A DNA stretch of 64,000 nucleotides from Octopus vulgaris (lineage: Eukaryota). The DNA is taken from the NCBI GenBank assembly GCA_951406725.2, contig OX597814.1, positions 50,592,001 to 50,656,000 of the forward strand, in the 5' to 3' direction. Positions 41,552 through 54,588 of this stretch are shown here, piece by piece (position 1 is the stretch's first letter; each line of letters begins with the position of its first letter). The position numbers were made by a program, and so were the translations under genes. The notes under the pieces are model-generated. The model saw only the letters and a list, made by a program, of their open reading frames with translations. It did not search any database and had not been told where the DNA came from.

Positions 41552-41958
41552 AAGGTGGTGAGCTGGCAGAGTCGTTAGCACTCCGGGCAAAACTGCTTAG
41601 CGGCATTTCGCCCGTCTTCACGTTCTGAGTTCAAATTCCGCTTAGGTCGACTTTGCCTTTCGTCTTTTCAAGATCGATAAAATAAGTACCAGTCAAACAT
41701 TGGGGTCGATCTAACTGACTTAATCCTTCCCCAAAAATTGCTAGTCTTGTACCAAAATTTTAAATCAATGTCTTCATATTCTAAAGTGGCAAGCTGGCAG
41801 AATCGTTAGCCCACCGGGCAAAAGGCTTGGAGGCATTTCGTCCTTCTTTAAGTACTGAATTCAAGGTCGACTTTTCCTTTTATCCTTCCGAGATCGATGT
41901 AATAAACTTAGCCCCTCCTCACGAAATACCTGGCCTTATGTCAAAATTTGAAACCAAT
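41552..41958 (+). mobile_element. Two tandem SINE family A copies
   Basis: Copies at 41552-41770 and 41784-41958, each preceded by tattctaa. Confidence 0.8.
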
Positions 41959-42829
41959 AACATCATATTCTGCAGAAATATAAATATTTTTTTTATTTTC
42001 TGAGGCTTAAAGGCATGTAAAAAAAAAGTGGAAGAAAATTAATTGACTCAATACTTTAGATCTAACAAGCCCTAAGCTTTTTAACTTAAAATATTTGCAA
42101 TGGGCAGTAAACTATAAAGAACGCCAAAACCATTTCTGCATATGTCTCAATGATTTTGTGTCATTGAAGTTTTATTGCTTATTTCAAATATTTCTATTCA
42201 AGATTAGGGCTCGACTAGTTTATTTTTCTTCTAACGTTGCATTGTTAAGTGGTTTTTATTACCTTACTATTTATAAAATAATAAGTTACCTACAGAACAT
42301 ACTTTTGTTAATGAAAAAGATATCTCACATGGGAGAACTTTATAACTGTAGAAATTATCTGAGTAATCTAAGTTCAATTCTAAGTGAGCTCTCTATTTTA
42401 ACTTTAGGAACCAGCTGGATATCAACTTGAGTTGAAACCAACCCCACTCTGGGCAAGCGAAGAGACATTATTGATTAGGTAAATGTTGGAACTGGTCACG
42501 AAAGTATAAGACATTATCTATTTGTTCCAAGCAGGAGGTGAAAATACATTAAAATATTGTCTGTTACTAAGAACAACCGCAGAGAATTTTTTTGAACTTT
42601 CATTCTTCTTATGTGTGGGGGTGTATGTATGTGGAGTGCGTGTTTGTGTATGTGCTTCTGTAGCTGCACGTGTGTCTGTGTTTATGTGTGTGTGTACGCA
42701 CGTGAGTGTATGTATTATACCAGAGATACTTCGTATATTCATTGAAATAAACACTTAAAGATGTAAAATTACAAATTAGATGTATTTTTATCAGTCGGTA
42801 TAAAGTAGAAGCAGAACACATGACCCTTG

Positions 42830-43860
42830 TAGACCCTTTAAACAGGTGACATTGTTGAAGTTAGTTTTTAGTTTCAATATCTGTGGTCAGATCTACAGAA
42901 AAATTGTGGCTGGAGATGGAACTCCGGAGGGTTGCAAGGAGAATCAAATGGGCAAAAGGATGACAAGAGGAGAAATAAGTGTATCGGGAGAGTTTAGGTA
43001 GCAAGCTGGTTCAAAGAAGACTAATCCATGATAAAAGAAGCAGAGAGAAATTAGTCACCAAGTGCGAAAATCAATGTCAATAGATTGATCTAATGACATT
43101 ATTTCGTGATTTAATCTAAGATATTTGTGTGTAATAGCAGAAGTAATCTACATAGGTCGGCACTAACCCAATGCAATTTGCACTTCTGTGATTAATCAGG
43201 GCTAGGGGAAGGGGTGTTGTAGTTTTTGTTTTTTGTTTTGTTTGTTTGTTTTCGATCCTGGGGTCTGTCTCTGTTGCATTTAAAATAAATCGATAGTTGG
43301 AAATTAGACAGGAAACACTGTTAATTTTTCTTTATACAATGCAGACCCCTGGAGCTAGAGTAAAATTCAAGTACTTGTTGATAATAGTAACTAGCTCAAA
43401 AGTTTACTACTTGAGAATTATGGAACGGACACTCCTTGTCTTGATTGGGTTGGATTCAACAAAGGTATTTTCGTACTTGGTGAATATATGTGTACGTTTC
43501 GTGGAGAGTGATGAGGAGAGAAGCATTTGGAAGAGATTTTGTTTTGTATATGCAATGTAGGGTTAAAACAGAACGTACAGCAAATGCAGGTGACTGTACA
43601 ACAGATACATTACTTAAAGAGACATCTTGTTTGAAATGTTACGGTTACCATAGGATTTCGAGGAGCAGTGTTGTGTAACAGGTAGAAACGAGATCTAAGC
43701 TTTGTTTAAAAAGGGGTCGGATGATCACATGGGTTTAAGTATTGTTAGGTAAATTTTTCGTTTGGAGTGAGGAAGTGGTCAAAGGAGTTTGGAACGTTCG
43801 TAAGTTGGTCAGGAATAGGGTTAGGTGAAGATTGAATACATAAACCTATAATAATGAAGA
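42830..43860 (-). mobile_element. Decayed CR1/L2-type LINE ORF2 fragment (endonuclease end and linker)
   Basis: PNPIPDQLTNVPNSFDHFLTP..LNPCDH resembles PTRIPD..N.LDLFLT..PLG.SDH. Confidence 0.5.
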
Positions 43861-44359
43861 AGGGAGCATTTGAGTAGGAATTGATGGAATTTTTATTTGC
43901 GCATACATACACACACATGCACACACACATACACGCACACTCATGCACACGTACACACATAAATACACACATGCAATCTATGAGAGTATTAAGATGTGTG
44001 ATTAGCATGTTCGAGTGTTTTGTGGATGAAATTTTACGAAAGATACTGAGGAGGGGATACTATCTATTTCATAGGTCATTTTATAAATATTCGTATTTTT
44101 GGTTTTGGATTATCTTTGTCGAGGAAGGGAAAAGGGAAATCATAACCCATGGTTTACGTTGATTACTGTGAATAATCCAAACAGAAATCATTGGTAGTGT
44201 GTGGGTCTTTCAAAACCCTACAACCTCTGAGGTTGCAGTGGAATGCTATGCCAGCTAAGAGAGTGCCTTTCAAACCGTTACTCCGGGGTTTGTGCCCCTA
44301 TTTTATTTACCAGCAAGCGATTGAGGATAAACCTTTACTACTTGTTCACTCTGACAGTT

Positions 44360-44503
44360 ATTGGTTTCAAATGGTGGTACAAGGCCAGCAATTTTACGAG
44401 AGGGGTTAAGTCGATTATATCGACGCCATTGCTCATCTGGTACTTATTTTATCGAACCCCGAAAGGATTAAATGCAAGGTCGACCTCGGGGGAATTTGAA
44501 CTC
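44360..44503 (-). mobile_element. SINE family A, 3' part
   Basis: Core motif present. Confidence 0.7.
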
Positions 44504-44569
44504 CCTGCACAAATAATTTGTTTATAGTAACCAAATGTATTTCCTGTGCAGTAACTCCCTCTCTCCATC

Positions 44570-44728
44570 AAACCGACGTTACACAAACAAGTGCGCAGTG
44601 TCAAGTGTCGAAGTGATCGCAGAGCCACGTGAGATGACGTGTTCTGCTCAAGAACCAAACGCACCGGGATTTGAAACCACGACCTTGCGATCGTGAGTGT
44701 AACGCCCAAACCACTAGGCCATGCATCT
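44570..44728 (-). mobile_element. tRNA-derived SINE (B-type head)
   Basis: Minus strand GCATGGCCTAGTGGTTTGGGCG..GGTTTCAAATCCCGG..CTTGAGCAG. Confidence 0.6.
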
Positions 44729-47700
44729 TTGTAGAACTTTTGGTAGCTATATCCGACCCAAAGTCTGAATTCACTGAAACGCATTGAGTAAGAATAGTCA
44801 GAAGAAGAAAAGTAAGAGTTGATTTCATTACAAATTATTTAAACTAATCAGATTTACTATTGGGCTTTAATGGAAAAAATTAACCAAACAAATATTTCGC
44901 TTGATTTTGTGGTTTTTTATTTATTTATTTATTTATAGTAAAATTAGTATTCATAACTTATTAGATTCTATCATTAATGCTACCTGGCCAATAATTTGAT
45001 CTCATCCACATGGCAACACTATAACACAAGAAATATTGACACTATTAGTTAGTAATTTTAACTATTTAAGCAACCGCAAATTCCAATCTAATAAACAGCC
45101 TAAGACTTTTAATTAACTGATGTTTTCAATTAATCTTAAATACATTGCTTTAAGGACAAAGTGTCACCTTTTGGGATAATAACTAATCATGTTGGGGCAT
45201 AACTAGATATTCTGGGTAAGATTCTACAAAAGGCTAAAACAAACTATTTTTTTACTTCAGATGACGTCATCTCTGCAATATAATCTTGATACAGTATTCC
45301 TAAAATGCGTTAAAGGATGTTAAAATCAATTATATTTCAAAGATTGAGAACCACCCTGGGGCATACAAATATAACCTAAACTCACCGCCATTAAAAATAT
45401 ATTTATTTATCTCTTTATTTTACTGTTTCTACCTTCGAGGTAACGATTCGTGTATTTTCTGAAAGCTGCCTTTATCTTTGGGGATTCGCAATTTTTCGCT
45501 ATTTTAGTTTAATTTATTCCCGTATTCTCACATATTTGTAATTTTCACAGTCCAATTTCTGCACACAGAATACTACTATATTTTTGAAAGCTGTTTGTAA
45601 AAAAAAATGCTTGACATTAACTACAAATGTGTTCATCTTATACTTCTAGTTATTCAGCTTTTGCTCTTGTCGTTGTTGCTGTTGCAGTTTTAGTGCTTTT
45701 TGTCAAAATTTAGTTTATGGCAGTTGTTGTATGCTTTCATGAATAATAATGATACCTTTGTTTTAATAATTTTCCTCTTAATGGTACCAGTCCTTATTAG
45801 GAAACTAAAATTTACAGGAACGTTGATGGTGTTGGAGAATTTTTCATAAGGATTTCGATTAGTTTAACAAGCGGTGACAACGTAAGATGTCAACAATCAA
45901 TGGCAAGTTATAATTCCATACAACAAAAACCATTAAATCTTGACAATCGATGGCAAGATGTCACGAACCAATGACAAGGTGCTATTAAATGGTGAGTAGA
46001 TGTCGTATAAACAGCTATCATAATTTCAGATCATTAGCGGTTAAAAGATATCACCAATATTCTGTATAGCCACAAGTAAATCATAATTCAAATTTACCAG
46101 TCTATAATTAAACTTTGTTATTTCGTCCTTTTTAAATTGTTTATATTTTAACTTTAACTTACTAATTTGCAAACATTTTTTCTACCCTTGGATTTCAATA
46201 AATCTTGCTATTAATGTATTTTTTAAACTTCCACTCTTTCTCTCGGTTCTTGACCCTAAAGCAATCACTTCCAATGTTTGAAATACTAAACTCTTGTGGG
46301 ATATCGTAAAACACATAAATTTAGCTACAGATTGCATGAAAAAGGAAATTAAAGATAAAGTATATCTGCCAAATCAACTCTATAATTATTGAATCTGAAT
46401 TGGACATTTTCGATTTGATACACATAAAATCCTATAACAAGATAAGAATTCTTTTTTTTTCCGAGCAATGAGTATCGAATAAATGGAGGCACCCAAAGGA
46501 TTTTCGATCTTAAACTCGCATCCAAATGAAACCCTAAGAGATACTGACATAATAGAGAGAAAAAGAGAGAACAAAATTAATTGAAAACGAAGAAAATATA
46601 TAAATACCATTGAGTTCTCAGCGGTGAAAATAAGGTCTTGTGCGTTGTGTGAAATATGCTTTACTTAGAATTGTCAAAAAAGCAAAAACATAATCGTATG
46701 AAAAAGCAACTATTCTTATTTACTGAGCAGATAACAAAATAAAGGATGGGCGGTATAAACGACCCTTTTTATATGCATCATACGTTAAAATTTATGTTGC
46801 ATATCACTAAATCCTTTACAATTATCCTAAGATATCCACCGATTATATTATGTGCGCCTACACTTTGCAAATATAAATAGATCGAGCTACAGTAAAAAGC
46901 ATTTGGAGAATTTAGTTTAAATTAGTTCAACTAACACTGTTGGTATATGATGAGTTTGGAAATATCAAGTAATCAGTGAAGGAACATGGAAACATAAATA
47001 TTAGAAAATAGATATGTATTGAGAGATGGTGGTAAGAGTTAGAAGATAAAGCGCAGGGAGAGAGATGGGGAGAAAAGAAAGATATGATGGTTAAAATATG
47101 GGAAGATAGGGGTGCACTGAATTGTATATTACTTTATACCCGTTTGCCTGTCTATATTACTATTAATTGAACAGCGCTAATAATTTTTAATTAGAATATA
47201 TCCTTAACATTGAAAATTTCAGTTTTCAGGTTCAAATTCTTTAAAGTTCCTAAGATAAAAAGAAATATTTCAAAGCTGGAGTAAATGTGTACACTTATAT
47301 ATAAAAGCATATCACATTTTCAAGGTGTTGTACATAATTCTTAACTAGAAGTTCTGCTTAAATCTCTGTCTGTAAATATGCATGTTTGAATATGTATATA
47401 CATTATTCTACACAAACTATGTAGATACATTAAAATGTTAACTACATCAAAACTGAACAAAATTCAGTATGATCGAACTCGTGATGCCTAAGTTATCAGA
47501 CCCACATTTTTCAAGAAAGAATAAATATGCATTGTCATTCATAAATGATAAATAGGCATTGTCATTCAGAAATAATTACTATATTTGTTTTATAGCAGAT
47601 TCTTAGAGTGTGTTATTTATCATATTACTACATGTCATGTATCAATGTTATTTTAAAACTTATCTTGCTCGCAATAATTATATATTGCATTATAATACTA

Positions 47701-48460
47701 CTAATACTATCAAACATTCGTGTAATTATGTCATCCACAGCAAAATCAAAATTGTCTGCGTCGTGCACACACCAGTTCTAAATCGATGACAATACAGCTG
47801 TAGTCAGTTGGAACATAATTCAGGCATTTGCTAATGATACAGCTAACATCAAAACGTTCATTACCCAGATAGCGCTCAGTTGACACAAACATCTAACATC
47901 TTGTGCTTGACCACAAACACTTGCCGATGGCGATGAGCATGTTTCATATATCTCTTAAACTGAGACAGAACTGGTGCGGGGGTGGGGTAGGATGTTTGAT
48001 ATTAATTTCGCAAAGTGTTTTCAGCATCAAATGTAATTACTACCAAATGAAAAAGAAAACAAGGGAGTCTCTGAACGATAGCCTAACCTGCTAGAAATAG
48101 CAACCAAATTATTCTTCCATCACACCCTATTGTTTTGAAAAGGGAATGACACATTGAATAATATAGCCCTACATACAATAAAGGAGGGGTTGGTTCCGGC
48201 TGAAACGCCTTTGATCGTAGACCTGACTGGAGAATACACAACTGCAAGAATAGCTTCACACTGAAGAATTTAGCAAACTAAATAAATGAGAACAAAACAG
48301 AGAAAAATATGGTTGTTGCTCCTTAATCATAGCATGGCATATTTTTATAACTATCTGAGATTTGTATGAAAAATTCTTCACGACAGTTCCAACAAGGAAA
48401 CCAGATTCGGTTGCGTCTTCTCTATCACCCTTAAACAGATAGACTTATAAACTAATTCGT

Positions 48461-48501
<41 letters not shown>

Positions 48502-48699
48502 TCTCTCTCTTTCTCCCTCTCTTTGTCTATATATATGTATATTTTCCCCTTAGGGACTCACAAGTAGTCCCCTGCTCATGAGAAATGTTGCTGCTCTAAT
48601 AAAGTTTTCAATAAGTTTTCCGCCTGTAGTCTTCCTCCGTCTCTCATTCCTTAAATCCAAAATTTCCTGTAACACACCAGGATTGCAGTGTGCGGAAAT

Positions 48700-49400
48700 G
48701 AGGTTCTCTATGAACCATAGTTTTTAACTTCTAGTATTTCCCAAGTTGCCATTCTTGCTTTCATACATTAACGTCCTACTTGTAGTTAGTTCTATGAACT
48801 CCCATTGCAATGTATATGATACCATTCTTCACTCCGCATTCTTTCTCACATAAGCGTAATCCATACTTAACATAAACAACTGATGTCACATGTTAATTAT
48901 CTTCATAAACAAAGACCTTGAAAATATTTTTCAATTCAAATATAGAAACTTACTTCTTTTGATAATACAGCGACATAATCGGAACACTTATCGAGGAGTT
49001 ATTCTGAGATTCTCTCTCCCTAGTAGGGAACAACACAGTATAAACTCTCAATCAAAGTTATTACAAATGCTTGGACATTCTCAGATCTCTGGTCGGACCA
49101 ACATTTGAGTACAGCTTACATATATGTGGGTCGGTGTCCTTGTTACATACATATGCATCCTAAACCATATTCAAAATCCTTACCTTCAGTTCTCTAACAC
49201 TTTGCTCATTAGTTCTCAGGAGCCGCTTTCATTTCTTTATGTCTCTTCTACCAGTTTAATAATGTTCCTTGTTCTCTGAATATCCTCTGGCATGCCATTC
49301 CTGCTGTAACTAGCTTCCAAGTTCATTAAACTATCCCTTTCTCCACAGAACTGCAACTCAAGAATTCCATCACCACCCACGTTTTTTTCCCTGCAACAAT
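48700..49400 (-). mobile_element. Possible decayed LINE AP-endonuclease remnants
   Basis: Fragments RMATWEI and RNESGS..LKVRILNM resemble .IATWNV and RNENG.RL..L.I.NT. Weak support. Confidence 0.3.
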
Positions 49401-50069
49401 CTATCTACTGATGTTCGATCACAAAGGCCATAGACACTATAACCCTTCGTTTAACTAATTAATGAAAGAAGAATAGGAAATGAACTAGCTACAGTAACGT
49501 AGCTAAACATGTATTTAAACGTGTATCATCTATGCTGTGAGCGAATACTACGATTTGAGATTATAATCTCATTATACTCATAAATATTTGTTTCTTTTGA
49601 CAACATATCAAATCTTTATATGTTAGTGCCATACTACTGATGATTAGTCAAAGGTCAACTCTTATCAGGAAACCCACCTGGTGAACAACTAGGTTCTATC
49701 AATAATCTTTCATTTAATCATTTAATTTTTACCCATAAAGATGCGCGCGCGCATGCCCATATGCATGACAATCCTGTCCTTTTCAAGGGCTGAGTGCATG
49801 CAGGTCTATGTTATCTAATTTGCCATTGTTTTTGTAAGACGGTACCATGGGATTTGAGGAAGACTTGGTAGCTATTTCTAGCAGATTGAGTAACAACATA
49901 ATGTCTTCCTCTTTACATCGACTTCTCCATCTCTATCTCTAGGGAATTACGTTGGAAGAGAAGCAGAAAAAACATACGAAAGTTGTTATAAGGATGACTA
50001 TTATAGAAACAGAAAATTATAGAGAAGTAGATGAAGAATCGCTTGTTAGAGTCAACAAATTACACAGGC

Positions 50070-50305
50070 GAAGAGAGAAGATTAATCCCTGTTCACGGCG
50101 CAAACGGGAGTCAGGATGGCCTCTGTGCAAGGACAATCCGAAGACGGAAATGGCGTGTGACCGGGGTGTCATTACCGAGGCGGATGTCTCGGAGGTGTTC
50201 CGCGAACCGGTCAGCCAAGCGGCGTCCCGTTTGTCCGATGTACAGAGAATGGCAGAGAGAGCAGGAGATGCAAAAGATGTTATTGGTAGAGGTACAGGTG
50301 AAGGA

Positions 50306-50308
<3 letters not shown>
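50070..50308 (-). mobile_element. Penelope-like element GIY-YIG endonuclease fragment
   Basis: SFTCTSTNNIFCISCSLCHSLYIGQTGRRLADRFAEHLRDIR..PVTRHF, then a frameshift to GLSLHRGHPDSRLRREQGLIF. Confidence 0.88.
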
Positions 50309-50356
<48 letters not shown>

Positions 50357-50758
50357 TATATAATCAAAATAAGCAACAAGGATATCCAAGGTAGAGTAGT
50401 ACAATTGTTTAATGCTACTTCATTTTATTAAACACTGTAAGTATTACATCAGTTTTAAAATGTCGAGCAATTTTCAGCCACTTATCGAATTTTCCAAATG
50501 AAATAGGAATAAGAATGTGCATTGTCCGTTTAATTGGAAAATTCTATAAGTGGCTGAAGATTGCTCGACATTTTAAAACTGATGTAATACTTACAGTGTT
50601 TAATAAAATGAGGTAGCGTGAAACAATTGTACTACTCTACCTTATTGCTTATTTTGATTATAATCACCCCATTTGATTTATATGGATAATACCATACAAA
50701 ATTCTGGTGCCTTTAACTTAAGTACCATATTCATCTGAATCTAAATTTTGCTGAACTT
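50357..50758 (+). mobile_element. Penelope-like terminal repeat with ~130-140 bp inverted duplication
   Basis: Arms at ~50357-50497 and ~50535-50662, between (TA)n tracts. Contains a hammerhead motif. Confidence 0.7.
50549..50636 (+). ncRNA. Candidate type I hammerhead ribozyme
   Basis: AGTGG-CTGAAGA-tTGCT..long loop..AGCGt-GAAAC-AATT-GTA-CTACT. Stem I is AGTGG/CTACT, loop III is palindromic and the triplet is GUA. The first pair of stem II is mismatched. Confidence 0.6.
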
Positions 50759-50978
50759 ATATATATATATATATATATATAAGTAGTTGAATGAATTATC
50801 CTAGTATAGATAATTCGGTTAACCGATACCCGGGTAGCAAATTCACGTCAGAAAACACGGTTGAAGCTACATGCCAAGGGCAGAGATCACGTGCTTTCGT
50901 GTGGAAATTTGTGTGTTTTTTTTACTATAAATAAATGAAAGAATGGAGTCGAAAGACGATTTAACAAAATTCTTTTAT

Positions 50979-51059
50979 TCTCGACGTATGTTTCGAAGAC
51001 TGCATATTCCTAATTCCGAAGGAATAAAGGGTGCATTATGCCGCCTTCTCATCAGGAAA
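50979..51059 (-). ncRNA. Candidate type I hammerhead ribozyme (minus arm)
   Basis: Minus strand reads TTTC-CTGATGA-GAAGGC..GTCTTC-GAAAC-ATAC-GTC-GAGA. Confidence 0.7.
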
Positions 51060-51110
51060 GACAAGGAACTTATGAAAGACAGGAAAGACAAGGAACATAA
51101 GTTCCTTGTC

Positions 51111-51191
51111 TTTCCTGATGAGAAGGCGGCAAAATGCACCCTTTATTCCTTCGGAATTAGGAATATGCAGTCTTCGAAACATATGTCGAGA
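51111..51191 (+). ncRNA. Candidate type I hammerhead ribozyme (plus arm)
   Basis: TTTC-CTGATGA(51115-21)-GAAGGC..GTCTTC-GAAAC-ATAT-GTC(51185-87)-GAGA, followed by AATAAA. Confidence 0.75.
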
Positions 51192-51233
51192 ATAAAGGAA
51201 TTTTGTTAAATTGTCGTTCGACTCCATTCTTTC

Positions 51234-51331
<98 letters not shown>

Positions 51332-52519
51332 ATGTATGTATGTATGTATGTATGTATGTATGTACGTATGTATGCATGTATGTATGTACGTACGCATGTA
51401 TGTACGTGCGTATGTATGTACGTACGTATGTATGTGCGTACGTACGTATGTATGTATGTGCGTACGTACGTATGTATGTACGTGCGTATGTATGTATGTA
51501 TCTATGTATGTATGTATATGTGCATAATGGACTGCTATAGTAGAAACCATTTGCTCAAACTGTCGCATCGTGATATCGAGCCCAATATAATATGGCTAAG
51601 GAGCTACTTCTTACTTCTTACGCTAATATTTACCCTTCAACTTAAGGATTACCTTTTAATTATATAGCTAATTATATATTATAAATAGCCAATTAATTTT
51701 CTAAAATTCTTTGCAAGATTAAATCTTGATATTTAATATAGCTCTAAATTGTAAATTAGTTCGGGTTTTTAAAATGTGACGGGAAGAATAATAATTTACA
51801 TTAAAAAAACAAGCAAAATTATATAATTTGATTAATTAATACACCAAAATAATCTATAAATATCCTGCTGAAAATATCGGTATTTATCCGTTCACCAAAT
51901 TTCATCAAGTTAGATTATTACTTAGGTGACTGCTGAGGAAAGCTTCTCGATGGCAGCGCAACAGCACAACCACAAGCCACAAGCTAAGAACGACAAATGA
52001 GTAAAAAGTAAAAGAGAAAAAATAAAAACAGAAAAGAAATGGTTAAATTAGGCAACAAGCTGAAGACAATACTCAATCAATGAGAAAGATATTCATTGTA
52101 ATGAGAAGTAGTTATTCACTGTAATGAGAAAATTATTGTCAAAAGAAGCAAGGGGGAAAGCTTCTGATATTTTAACTGAGCATATAAATAGAGTAGGTAT
52201 AAGGATTTTGATCCTTGGCTGCTATGATGACAACTATAGACCTGTTTCGGTCTTATTAGGCCTTGTTGGATCTCCTCGGCGAGGCAAACAACGCTGACAG
52301 CTGCTAAGACGTTAGAACTTCCTATAGGTATAGTATTTTGTGCCACAATAGTTCACTGATTAGACAATTAAAAAAATACACGCACTGGAATTTGGCTCAG
52401 TGGTGCTTTCTGGTTAAGGAAAGTGCAGTTAAGTGCAGGCTATCATATTTAAGATGGCAAGCTGAAAGGTCTAATAACATATCCTGCCAGACCTCGAGAT
52501 TGCAAAGTGAACTTTCATT

Positions 52520-52728
52520 TTCGTGTGTGACCGCGTGTGTACCGTTGGCGATTTTTTCCCTCCGTCTTCCCTTCTTTGGATCTTCCCTTTTCCTATGTTT
52601 TTGACGAAGAGCTCCGCTCGAAACGTTAAACCCTCCTTCTTTCCTTCTTTCCTGAGCGTCCAATAATACTATACTTGTTCCACGTCCTCGCGTTGTTGTG
52701 TTTTCTCTTTGTGTTTTCCTGTTTGGAT

Positions 52729-52733
<5 letters not shown>
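52520..52733 (+). mobile_element. Penelope-like terminal fragment with minimal hammerhead variant
   Basis: GTTT-TTGACGA-A-GAGC-tcc-GCTC-GAAACGTTAAAC at 52597-52631. Ends at (TA)n. Confidence 0.55.
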
Positions 52734-52812
<79 letters not shown>

Positions 52813-52850
52813 TGTATGTATGTATGTATACCCACACACATATATATACG

Positions 52851-52911
<61 letters not shown>

Positions 52912-52913
52912 AT

Positions 52914-52944
<31 letters not shown>

Positions 52945-53745
52945 TTCTGCGCTAGGAAATTTAATATAATGAACTGAAAAGAATTTTTTTTTACTTTTCA
53001 TTATCAAATGAAAAAATGCCAATAATGAAAAGAAATCACATTAGCTTTTTTGAAAATTCATCTTAAAAGGAACGAGGCTAAAAAGTCAAAAATTTGAATT
53101 GATTAAAATAAAGATCTAATCTATGGTAACAAGTTCAAACATGTTTCGGTCTTATTACACATCCTTAGCTAAGCATAGCTAGCACATAGCTGCAAAAACA
53201 ACAGAGTGACTTGAATAATAATATATGTTTTAGTATGAAAATAATTCACTAATTAGGTAATTTAAAATAATGATATTGGAAGATTTCCCAAAAGTGCCTT
53301 TTACATATACGCACACTTTAATTCTGTTTATGCTTTTATGGCAAAAGATGAAACTTGATATTACTGTGTATGTAGAGGGGATGTTTGTCCATGCGTCTCA
53401 ATTACATGACATATGCGTGAACTCTGTTCAGATATTATTATATGGTCTTTCTCTGACTATTAGCAACGTAAGTAAGGTGAAGTGACCAGAAACAAGAACA
53501 GAAATCAATGACTAACTCGGTGATATACATACATGCATATATAGATATGTAAGCATACTAATACATACATGTATACATATGTACATACATATATGGATAT
53601 ATACTTATATAAATAGTGGCTCTCGATTCTGTATCGTGCCGTGAGTAATCATCTTTTGAGTTCCATTCCTTTTTTCTCTTTAGAGGTGTAACACCTCTCT
53701 GTCACACCTATTCCTCATGAAGGCATCCTTTTTTTTTTTTTTTTT

Positions 53746-53950
53746 CTCTAGGCACAAGGCCCGAAATTTTGGAAAAGGGGGAAAGTCGATTGGATCGACC
53801 CCAGTACGCAACTGGTGCTTAATTTATCGACCCCAAAAGGATGAAAGACAAAGTCGACCTCAACGGAATTTGAACTCAGAACGTAAAGACAGACGAAATA
53901 CAGCTAAGCATTTCGCCCAGCGTGCTAAAGTTTCTACCAGTTCGCCGCCT
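53746..53950 (-). mobile_element. SINE family A
   Basis: Complete reverse-complement copy. Confidence 0.85.
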
Positions 53951-54494
53951 TATGCCTGTGTTTTATTACATACACAAAGTCCCAAAATAAGATAAATAGA
54001 TAATAACAATTTAATAAAAGAAAAAGGTAATACTGCTCATCAAAAATATATTTGCGCTACAACACATATTGAACTTCCTTTGCTTACTTCATAAAAAGAA
54101 AATTTACAGTTATAGATCTTACCCTTTTGACGATCTGGTATTCATTCCAATAACTGAGTGAAGAGAGGTGCGTAGAGTTAAATATACTTCTCAATACACA
54201 ATATGCATTGATGTGTGTCTATGTAGCGAGGGAAGTGCGTATTGTGTTGAAAACACAACTATCTATTTTTTTTATCAAGAGTTTTTCTCCTTTCTTTCAT
54301 ACTTTTGCATTAGTTCCATGCAGAAAATGAGACAATGAAATCTAAAAATGTTATTGATATATTTGGGAACATTCCAAGCAAACTGCTAGTAACTCATACA
54401 GAAGCTATAAAAATATTTCATGAAAAAGATAAAACTAGAACACGGTCGTGATTTTAATACATGTTCAAAATAAGTTATTCTCTCTCTCCTTATT

Positions 54495-54584
<90 letters not shown>

Positions 54585-54588
<4 letters not shown>

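Larger units (their letters stand above)
50781..51239 (-). mobile_element. Penelope-like terminal repeat with ~143 bp inverted duplication
   Basis: Arms at ~50931-51073 and ~51097-51239, with (TA)n on both sides. Homologous to 21020-21362. Confidence 0.7.
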
